This document shows, piece after piece, positions 47,804 through 57,500 of a DNA stretch of 64,000 nucleotides; positions within the stretch are counted from its first letter, which is position 1, and the number at the start of each line of letters is the position of its first letter. Where the stretch lies: assembly GCA_965231055.1 (NCBI GenBank), contig OZ246411.1, forward strand, positions 116,711-180,710. Direction: 5' to 3'. The notes under the pieces were generated by a model that was given only the letters and a program-made list of their open reading frames with translations, made no database searches and was not told where the DNA came from. Origin of the DNA: an uncultured Candidatus Saccharibacteria bacterium (GTDB lineage: Bacteria > Patescibacteriota > CALEFQ01 > G965231055). Both the position numbers and the translations under genes were made by a program.

Positions 47804-49777
47804 ATGCAGTTTTCGCTAGTATCAAAATTCAAGCCCACAGGAGATCAGCCCCGAGCAATCGAGGCGCTTATCGATGGGATAAAATCGAAAAATCAATTTC
47901 AAACCTTATTAGGAGTCACAGGATCTGGCAAAACTTTTACTATGGCAAATGTAATAGCCAAAATAAACAAACCCACACTCATACTAGCTCATAATAAAAC
48001 GCTAGCCGCTCAATTGGCATCCGAATTTAGAGAATTTTTTCCAGAAAACGCCGTCGAATATTTCGTTAGTTATTATGACTACTACCAACCTGAATCCTAT
48101 ATTCCAAGCAAGGATCTATACATAGCAAAAGAATCAGACATAAACGAGGAAATAGAAAGATTGAGACATAAAGCAACCGTGTCATTGCTTACAAGAAAAG
48201 ATGTAATAATAGTTGCAAGTATTTCTTGTATTTATGGACTAGGAAATAAAGCAGAATACGCTTCAGAAAAAATAGAGCTAAAAAAGGGAGATAAGCTTAC
48301 TACTAAAGAATTGATCAAAAAACTAGTAAGCATCCAATATCAAAGAAACGACATAGATTTTCATAGAGGAACTTTTAGAGTAAAGGGCGACACCATAGAT
48401 ATTTTTCCAAGTTTTGAAGATGAAACTATTACAAAAGTAGAATTTTTCGGAAACAACATAGAAAAAATCACGGAAGTAAACGCAATCACAGGAAATAAAA
48501 AGAAAGAACTAGCTAGCGCGTTAATATTTCCAAACACTCACTATGTAACACCGAGAGAAGAAATAGAGCGAGTTTCAGCTGAAATCAAAAACGAGCTAAC
48601 TATTCAATCCAAAAAATTTGAGCAAGACGATAAACTAGTAGAAGCCCAAAGAATAAGACAACGCACAGAGTTTGATCTAGAAATGCTAAAAGAAACAGGC
48701 GTAGTTTCAGGTATAGAAAACTATTCTAGGTACATGGACGGGAGATCCCCGGGAGAACCACCAAATACACTCATGGATTATTTTCCAAAGGATTTTCTGA
48801 TGTTTATAGACGAATCACACATGAGTATCCCCCAATCAGGAGGCATGTACGAAGGAGATAGATCTAGAAAAACCATATTAATAGAAAATGGCTTCAGACT
48901 ACCCTCCGCCCTAGACAACCGCCCACTCAATTTCAAGGAATTTGAAAGCAAACTCCCATACACTATTTTTGTTTCAGCAACTCCAAAAGAATACGAAATC
49001 AAGAAATCAAAAGGACACATAGCAGAGCAACTAATAAGACCAACGGGACTCCTAGATCCAAAAATTGAGATAAAGAAAACTGAAAATCAGATCGAAAATC
49101 TAATCAGCGAGATCAGAAAAATAACAGATAAAAAGCAAAGGGTTTTAATCACAACTCTTACAAAAAGAATGGCGGAAGATTTAGCTAAATACTTAAAAGA
49201 ACAAAAAATCAAAGTGGCATATCTACACGCAGATATAGATACCATGGAAAGATTGGAGATTCTTCGAGATTTAAGGCTTGGTAAATACGATGTTTTAGTG
49301 GGAATTAACCTACTTCGCGAGGGTCTGGATTTGCCAGAAGTGTCGCTCGTGGCAATATTGGACGCTGACAAAGAGGGATATCTACGATCCGATGTCTCTC
49401 TAATCCAAACCATGGGACGCGCCGCAAGACACTCGGATGGAAAAGTAATAATGTATGCCGACCAAATCACCGGCTCCATGAAGCGAGCCATAAATGAAAC
49501 ATCGAGAAGAAGAAAAATTCAGGAAGAGTACAATAAGAAAAATGGAATTACTCCAAAATCAATCATGAAAAAAATAAGCGAAACAAGACTTGGAGGCAAT
49601 AAAAAAGAAAAGGCATCGGAGCAAAACCAATCATGGACCAAGCCGATAAATAAGTCCGCAAAAGAAATGCTCATCAAAGAGCTCAAATCCAAAATGCAAA
49701 TAGCCTCTCAGAATCTTGAATTTGAAAAAGCAGCTTATTTTAGAGATGAAATAAATAAACTTAAAACCCATAAATAA
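47804..49777 (+). CDS. uvrB: Excinuclease ABC subunit B
   Basis: GVTGSGKTFT Walker A, helicase motifs, and a C-terminal UvrC-interaction coiled coil (EFEKAAYFRDEINKLK). Confidence 0.95.
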   Translation: MQFSLVSKFKPTGDQPRAIEALIDGIKSKNQFQTLLGVTGSGKTFTMANVIAKINKPTLILAHNKTLAAQLASEFREFFPENAVEYFVSYYDYYQPESYIPSKDLYIAKESDINEEIERLRHKATVSLLTRKDVIIVASISCIYGLGNKAEYASEKIELKKGDKLTTKELIKKLVSIQYQRNDIDFHRGTFRVKGDTIDIFPSFEDETITKVEFFGNNIEKITEVNAITGNKKKELASALIFPNTHYVTPREEIERVSAEIKNELTIQSKKFEQDDKLVEAQRIRQRTEFDLEMLKETGVVSGIENYSRYMDGRSPGEPPNTLMDYFPKDFLMFIDESHMSIPQSGGMYEGDRSRKTILIENGFRLPSALDNRPLNFKEFESKLPYTIFVSATPKEYEIKKSKGHIAEQLIRPTGLLDPKIEIKKTENQIENLISEIRKITDKKQRVLITTLTKRMAEDLAKYLKEQKIKVAYLHADIDTMERLEILRDLRLGKYDVLVGINLLREGLDLPEVSLVAILDADKEGYLRSDVSLIQTMGRAARHSDGKVIMYADQITGSMKRAINETSRRRKIQEEYNKKNGITPKSIMKKISETRLGGNKKEKASEQNQSWTKPINKSAKEMLIKELKSKMQIASQNLEFEKAAYFRDEINKLKTHK

Positions 49778-49781
49778 GATT

Positions 49782-50639
49782 ATGATTTCAGGATTTTTAA
49801 ATATCAATAAACCAGAAAACATCACTTCTCATGGAGTTGCCCAAAAGCTCAAATCAATACTTGGTACAAGGCGAATTGGGCACGCAGGCACACTAGATCC
49901 ATTTGCCACGGGAGTTCTTGTGATAGCTATAGATAAATCTACGAAACTCATGGAATATCTGGTTAACGACACCAAAGAGTACGTAGCTGATTTCATACTT
50001 GGCATGGAAACTGATACCCATGACAGAACAGGAAAACAGACCAATATAAGCAAAATTACATCTATTCCCCTTAGTGAAATCCGCACCGCTTTAAAAAAAT
50101 TCACAGGCGAGATAGAGCAAATTCCCCCCATGTATTCTGCTATTAAAATAAAAGGCAAAAAACTGTATGAATTAGCTAGGGCTGGGAAAGAAATAGAAAG
50201 AGAGGCCAGAAAAATCACCATATCCGAACTTGAAATAATAGAATATCACTACCCCCTACTTAAAGTAAAAATAAACTGCTCTAGCGGTACTTACATAAGA
50301 TCGCTCGCACACGACATAGGAAAGATATTGGGATGCGGGGCCTATGTAAATGATCTAATGCGAACCAAATCGGGAAATTTCAATATAGAAGAAAGCGTGC
50401 CACTTGAGGCTATCACAAGAGATTCAATAAATAAGTATCTAATTCCTTCAGGAAAAGCTATAGATCTACCAAGTTTCATAGCAAATCCAGATCAAATCTC
50501 GCATATAAAGATGGGTCAACCAATAAAATGCGAACTCAAAGATCAGAGAGTAATAGCCATCGATCCTAGTAAAAATATTCTCTCGATACTTGAAAAAAAT
50601 CCGGATCTAATGTATTATCCGAAAAAGGTACTTATCTAG
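49782..50639 (+). CDS. truB: tRNA pseudouridine(55) synthase
   Basis: GHAGTLDPFATGVLVIAI catalytic Asp motif. C-terminal PUA-like region. Confidence 0.9.
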   Translation: MISGFLNINKPENITSHGVAQKLKSILGTRRIGHAGTLDPFATGVLVIAIDKSTKLMEYLVNDTKEYVADFILGMETDTHDRTGKQTNISKITSIPLSEIRTALKKFTGEIEQIPPMYSAIKIKGKKLYELARAGKEIEREARKITISELEIIEYHYPLLKVKINCSSGTYIRSLAHDIGKILGCGAYVNDLMRTKSGNFNIEESVPLEAITRDSINKYLIPSGKAIDLPSFIANPDQISHIKMGQPIKCELKDQRVIAIDPSKNILSILEKNPDLMYYPKKVLI

Positions 50640-50640
50640 G

Positions 50641-50672
50641 TACTAGGTGTCAGGTTTTAGGTTTTAGACGCA
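50641..50672. repeat. Family-B short repeat (GGTGTYAGGTTTTAGGTTTTAG), left inverted copy flanking the four-helix-bundle gene
   Basis: Inverted partner at 51101..51133. The same motif recurs at 3283..3320 and 24180..24205. Confidence 0.6.
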
Positions 50673-50710
50673 CCAATCCATGACACAATAATTATTTAGC
50701 AGGAGGGAAA

Positions 50711-51085
50711 ATGAAAAGAGTAATAAAAAGCTTCAAAGATCTTTTGGTTTGGCAAAAGTCTATTGAGTTAATAAAAACAACATACTCAATAGTCAATAAT
50801 TTCCCAAAACACGAGCTTTATTGCTTGTCTGCACAAATAAGACGAAGTGCAATTTCAATAGCTTCAAATATCGCGGAGGGAAGAAACAGAAGTACTAGAA
50901 AAGACTTTAGACAGTTTCTATTCATTGCTCTGGGATCTGGAGCCGAACTTGAAACACAAATTATAATAGCAAGAGAATTAGATTACATAGAAGAAGAGGA
51001 ATTTAATTCATTTATGTTTTCACTCACTGAGGTAATGAAAATGATAAATGGCTTGATATCAAAATTAAACATCCCTAGCGCATAG
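50711..51085 (+). CDS. Four-helix-bundle protein (23S rRNA intervening-sequence protein family)
   Basis: 124 aa. DLLVWQKSIEL...RSAISIASNIAEG...GSGAELETQI matches the IVS-protein family. Flanked by inverted family-B repeats. Confidence 0.8.
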   Translation: MKRVIKSFKDLLVWQKSIELIKTTYSIVNNFPKHELYCLSAQIRRSAISIASNIAEGRNRSTRKDFRQFLFIALGSGAELETQIIIARELDYIEEEEFNSFMFSLTEVMKMINGLISKLNIPSA

Positions 51086-51090
51086 CATCT

Positions 51091-51136
51091 AGCCAAGTAA
51101 CTAAAACCTAACACCTATAACCTATAACCTAATATA
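51091..51136. repeat. Family-B short repeat, right inverted copy (ctaaaacctaacacctataacctataacc)
   Basis: Its reverse complement, taggtgttaggttttag, matches the left copy taggtgtcaggttttag. Confidence 0.6.
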
Positions 51137-51400
51137 ATGGCAAATCTAAAATCAGCTAAAAAAGCTATCAGACAAACTAAACGAAGAACAGCGCACAATC
51201 TTGAAAAGAAAATTAAGCTCAAAAAAGCTATCACAGAGATTAAAAAACTAATAACAGCAGGAAAAGAAGAAGATGCAAAAAAGAAAGTATCTGCACTTCA
51301 AAAAATCCTAGATAAATCAGCCAAGACCAATTTGATTCACACAAACAGAGCACGAAGACTCAAATCAAGGCTCACCAAGAAACTCAAGATCAAAAAATAA
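51137..51400 (+). CDS. rpsT: 30S ribosomal protein S20
   Basis: MANLKSAKKAIRQTKRRTAHN... a basic helical protein of 87 aa. Confidence 0.85.
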   Translation: MANLKSAKKAIRQTKRRTAHNLEKKIKLKKAITEIKKLITAGKEEDAKKKVSALQKILDKSAKTNLIHTNRARRLKSRLTKKLKIKK

Positions 51401-51458
51401 TCAAACAAACAGCGTCAAAATTTGGCGCTGTTTTTATATCGTTAAACTCGGAAAAACA

Positions 51459-51495
51459 ACAAAAAAACCGCGAAATATATCGCGGTTTTAAATTT
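51459..51495. terminator. Bidirectional intrinsic terminator between rpsT and the giant gene
   Basis: aaaccgcga-aatatat-cgcggttt. A second + strand terminator lies at ~51408..51436. Confidence 0.6.
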
Positions 51496-51504
51496 TAGCG
51501 AAAA

Positions 51505-54500
51505 CTATTGTATGAGGAAATAATTGAATCCTACATCATCCCCCACTGCTGTATCAAACTTGATAATAAATCCATTTGGAGAATCTTTTTCTATCCAGTA
51601 TCTAGTTGCTGGAGCATAATCATTTTCAAATGTCACAACAACTTTTGTAGTGTCAATTACTGAAAGATTTTCTACTGCAAACTCATCCGATCCTTTTTTA
51701 ACTATTCCAGATCCAGCCGAGCCATTTGGTTTTTCGTATATTTTAAGCTCTTCAGTAGAAATACTTTTTACAAATAGATTTCCGTTCTCATCTATTGACC
51801 ATTTGTTGCTCGCACCAACAATTGATCCTGTGGTGATCATGCCTGAAACAGAGAAATCACCATCTATTGCATTTGCATTTTGATCAATTCCGAGTTTGCT
51901 TTCCACATTTTCAATTCTTGAAATCATATCACCCAGAGAAGTAGTTTGAGCTTTATCTATTTCCAATAAATACACGGGTAATTTACTATAATCAACTGCA
52001 ACCGCATCTCCGTTTGAATTGTAAGAAATCAAATTTGTAAGTCCCAAAGACTCTAACTGACCCACTAAGTAGCCTATACTCTTTCTGCCCGAGTTATTTT
52101 CAAAAAGTTTTGGATCTAGTGAAAATATCTTATTCCAATCGTCACTAAAATCTCCAGACAACTCGCCAATACCAGAGTACACAGCAAGAGAGTTCTCTAT
52201 GCCGGAGATTCTATTTATCAAATCAGAAATATCATTGGAGAACGAAGTGTGTTGAGTTTTGTTTTTCGCTAAAGCGCTGTTAATCGAAACAATATCTCCC
52301 TCGCTATCATCCATTCTGTTATCGATATTTGAGATAAGCTGTCCATTTTTATCTATCATAACTTGTTGATCCTGCATGGCAAGAGTCAAAACTGGAATCA
52401 ATAGATCCTTCGCTACAGCCAAATATCCATCATTTCCTTCACTCACCATTTCTGGGAAAACTACTTGAGCTTCTTGAGCTACGAAACCATAGATAGTTGG
52501 ACCATCAGGATCCTGTTTTCTATTATATTGCCTTACCGTCAAAGCGTTTATAATACCTAAAGCATCAATATCGGCATCAGCAATATTGGTTTTCTTTCTA
52601 CTGTCAGAAGCATCAGCTAAAGAGAATGTTCCTCCGTTATTCTGAATATAACCAACATTGGTTCCATCACCATCATATGCATTTATGTAATAAGTGGTTC
52701 CGGTGCCATCATCTGCTCCTGCCTGTATCCTGATTCCATATCTATTTGCGTTATTTCCGTCGTTGAAAAAGTTAGCAACATAACCAGATGCTGAGTCTGT
52801 TTGCACATCCAAAGGATAACCAGCTGTTCCACTTCCAGAAGGAGCGATTAAAACTTGCCCGTCACCCTCCACAACCATTCTTCTCGTGCCATTTGTAAGA
52901 AAACTGATTGGGTAAGCACCTTGCTGATCCAACAGAAATCCACCACTATTTGTATTTTCTCCGTAAATATAACCTGCATCAGCATACAAACCAGCCATTG
53001 CCTGACTTGCAGCACCAATTTCTAACCAAGTACTTTGACCAGAAAGACCAACATCAGCCGCCGCGAGCGCGCCGGCATTTTGATTTCCGACGACAATACC
53101 TGCCGCAGCATTAGTATCATGATAAACATCAAGTTTTCTACCCGGATCAGAAGTTCCTATGCCCACATTTCCGGTTGGATTGAAGTAAACATCGTCTGCA
53201 GCGGTGATGAGCAAATCCTCTGAAGCATCAGAATTAGCTGAAATTCTTGTACTAGAAGTATCAAACTGAATATAGTCAGATGCAGGAAATATGAGATTTC
53301 CATTGGTATCAAAATAGTTTCCAGTATCTCCCATATAGGTTGTAGCTGTAAGATATGCGTTACCACCCGAATACAATGGATAACTAGCATTTGGATCAAT
53401 TCCTATGCCCACATATCTAAAATCTCCATCACCTGCGTTTGTTACTCTATAAGTAGTACCACCCAAATTCAAAGTTCCATCAGTATCAAAATACACTGAA
53501 GTCGTGCCAAGATATGTAATATTTTCCAAATAAACATTTCCACCATTTACATCAAGTCCGTAATTTCCATAAGTACCACCGATATAAACACCATAATCAG
53601 CTGTACCGCCTATATTCAAAGCCGTTTCTGTGGCATTTGCATGAGCTGATGCAATCTGAATATCAACACCATATAAATTATTTGATGCACCGCTATGAAC
53701 CGCATTGGTTATTGATACTGCTAGGCCCCTTTGAGTATCACTACCATTCATGGCGCCAGCAGTATATCCCATATAAATACCGTCAGAGCTGCTTCCTGCT
53801 GGACCAGTCGCTGTCACATTCACAGCTTTGGACGATGCCAACTGCGTACCAGCAACAACTGCAAGTGGAGTGGTTCCACCTGTTATGTATATACCGTAAT
53901 CAACATCAGCAAAAGCTGAGTTTATATAAGCTCCATAATCAGTTCCAGTTCCATTTTGAGTTTCTATATATGCTCCATAGTTCGATCTGGCTCCCAGTGA
54001 TTTTGCATACAAACCATAATTTGTTCTGCCGAGAGTGCCAGTAACATTCGTAGCGATTGCATCAGCATAAACAGCAACTGTGTTTAGATCCTGATACACC
54101 GCCGAATCGCTAGGGCTATAAACTGCTCCATACATACCCACGAGCGTAGTATCCCTAATCACTGCGGTATCCCAAGCATCAACCGCAAAATATCCACCCA
54201 TCAGCGAAAAAGTTCCGGGGCCAGTTCCCATATCTATAATGGAATCTTCTTCTATGCTAACAAGTCCTTCTACTGCCAATATATAATTATCTTCTGAGTC
54301 AGAAATATTTGATTTAACAACGTTTTGTCCGGAAACACCTATGCTTTTTACTTCTATTCTATGAGCCTCATTTGTGTTTACACGACCCTGAACTCCAGCA
54401 TTATATCCCGTAGATGCATCTTGAATTCTACCATCAACACCAGCAACATAAAGATCGTCAGATTTGGGATCTACATAACCTTGCAATCCGTGTGACCATT

Positions 54501-57500
54501 CAGAAACCGTACTGGCTCCACTCCTATAAACTTCCGAAGCAAAACCCAAAGAATTGGCGCTACCTGTTGATGTCATCACGATTCGCATAGCTGTTGTCCA
54601 ATCTTCCCCCACCCCTGCATTTGCGGTATTTGTTTGTTGCAGAAAAATTGATGCATCCCTTAAAACATCCGTAGAGTCCACAACATGCAGTTTATAAGAC
54701 GGGCTAGTTCCCACACCCAAATCATTTGCTACATAAACATTTCCACTATCAAAATACCCAGCCCAGTTAGTTGCTCCACCAGACGCAGTTGAATAAATAC
54801 CATAATGCGTAGCGGTTCCCGTACCGTTGGCCTGAAAGTATCCACCATAATTTGTGCCCGTTGCGGAATTTGCCCATCCCAATAAAGCACGCCCAGTGGA
54901 ACTAGAAGAGTAGGCATAAACTCCATAAGAAGAATTAGGATTAACACCATTCACAGCGAGATTAGTAGAAATCCTAGCTGCTCCGGTAATATCAAGCGGG
55001 TACGAAGGAGACATAGCAACTCCCAGTCTGCTGTTTGCCTGTATATAACCATCATTGACCTCAGCAACGCCAACCCCCAAACCACCATTTGCAACATAAG
55101 CGTCACCAGAAACATATAATGGATAGGTTGAGTTATGCGCAACATTAATACCAACATATCTAAAATCAGCATCTCTGTCTTTATAAATAGTTGCAACTTC
55201 TTGCATATATAAATCCCCCGAAATATTTACATTTCCACTAGCAAAGTATCCAGCCCAGTTAACCAAACCGCTATCTGCGGTCGCATATATACCATAATTA
55301 ACAGCAGCGCCTTCGGCAACCGATCTAGCATAAACGCCGTAACCCGAAGTCGCAGTTCCAGAACCAACATAGAAATATCCTCCATAGTTTGTACCACCGG
55401 CACCATCAGTAATACTGCTTTTCACACCATAATCATTTCCTGATCCGCCAGCGACTATTAAAAATTCTCCCGCAATATTTGAAACACCACCTCTAGCATA
55501 GCTAGCTATACCATAATTATTACTAGCTCCGGTATTTACACTAAAAGTACCGCCATAAACACTCGTATCAGTATGAGCTCCAAGAGTCACATTTGGAGAA
55601 ACATAAATACCGTCAACTCTAGCCGTGGCATCGTCCCCAACGGTTGTTGAATTGTATACATTTAATGTTCTTGTTTGACTATTGCCAGAATCTGCGACAG
55701 ATGAAATAAAACTAAATGAAGCTCCGTATTGAGTAGCAACTCCGAGGTTAGATGAAGTCGTTAAGAAATAATAACCAGACTCTCCATCCTCTTGAGACAA
55801 AGTAGCTTCTCCATGAATAGCTTGATTCGTGGTAACGCCTCCTTCAGCAGTCACATATAAACCAAAGTTTTCAGTAGCGGCTCCTGAAGCCACAAACCTA
55901 CCACCATAATTAGCATCCGTAGCATCAGCACTCTCTCCGTATACTCCGTAACCATCAGCACCGGCTGTTGTAACTATGCCATATATGCCGTAACCATTTG
56001 CAGATGCTGTAGACACTTCTCCATAAAAACCATAGCCATTGTCTGCTCGATCATTTGTTGCATAAGCTCCATAGGTATTGCCAGCTCCAGTTTTTGTTAT
56101 ATATATTCCATAACCATTATCTTCACCATTAAGAACATTTATACCCCTTGTAGTATCCACATCAATACCAACACCGAGCACCGTAGAAACATAAGCCTCA
56201 CCAGTTATATAGAAAGAATCATTGATATCAAAACGATCTTCCGCATTATTCCATGAAAGATATTTATCAGTAGGATTTGCTTCATTTGAAAAATACAAAT
56301 AACAATTTTCACTTCCGCCGCCAGCTCCACCGTCGTAGTTACAATATATATCTCCATTGCTCATCAGATCACCTGCATCAACCATGCCGGTGACTTTAAC
56401 ATCACCTTCAAACCAACCCGCCCAGACATTGTCAGCATCTTGCGCTTCTCCATAGATACCTATAGCCCAACCGCCATTAACTACGCTACCCCTCGCAATA
56501 CCATAAACACCAATATTTGAATCAGAAGATTCATCTGCAAAACCATATATACCTATATGACGCTCTTCCATAGAACCCAATCCCGTTGCTTCCCCTCTTA
56601 TTGCTATATTATCCCTAGCTGAATAACGAGAGGTATTCAAAACCCTAAGACCAGCATTGTAACTATCATTTATAATCGTGTCAGTATTGAAAAGAATCTC
56701 AGCTCCTATGGCTTGACCAGAGGGAACAGTAAGATCATCTAGCTGAAATCTATACGAGGGAACATCAGTACCGATTCCAAAATTTCCCCCCATAAAAACT
56801 CCTGAATAATTGTTGGTTGCATTGGCTACTTCAGAATATATTCCGTAGTTATTGTCAGAAGCACCATTCACCAAAATATTGATACCATTAATGGTACCGA
56901 GCGCACTATCCATTGCGATATTTATTCCGTATCCGTCTTCATAGGAATTCAAAATATTCAAACTATATCCTGCAATTGGAGTAGTGCCAATACTAAGTAG
57001 TCCCGAACTTATCGCAACATTGTCAGAGTAAGCTGGCGTGGGATAAATATAATCATCTCCAGGATTTGCATCTGTCCAAAGTCCAGCCCCTGCTGGTATA
57101 TCTGTGAGATACGCGACAGTTCCCGAAGCATCCTGAAAAGTGATAGTGTTTCCTGCTCCAGTTGGATCGGTAATAACAAAAGTACTAAAAACATTGTTAT
57201 CAGTAGTACCCTCAAAAACAAATGGAGATCCACCCAAAATTTGCGCACTTGCAAAATTGATATTTCCATCCGCAGTTATATTTCCTATTCCAGCTATGTC
57301 ACCAGTAGTAGAAATATCCCAGTCAGATGAATTGATATAAATAGCATCTCCTCCATCACCAAGAGTGAGTTGTCCCCCAGTCCCCACGGTAAGTGCTCCA
57401 TTCGCAGTAAGATTTGTACCTATTCCCGTGATACTATTTCCACCCATCGTAAGGTTAGCTCCGGTGATATCTATACCATTATTCGCATCTAGATTTCCTG

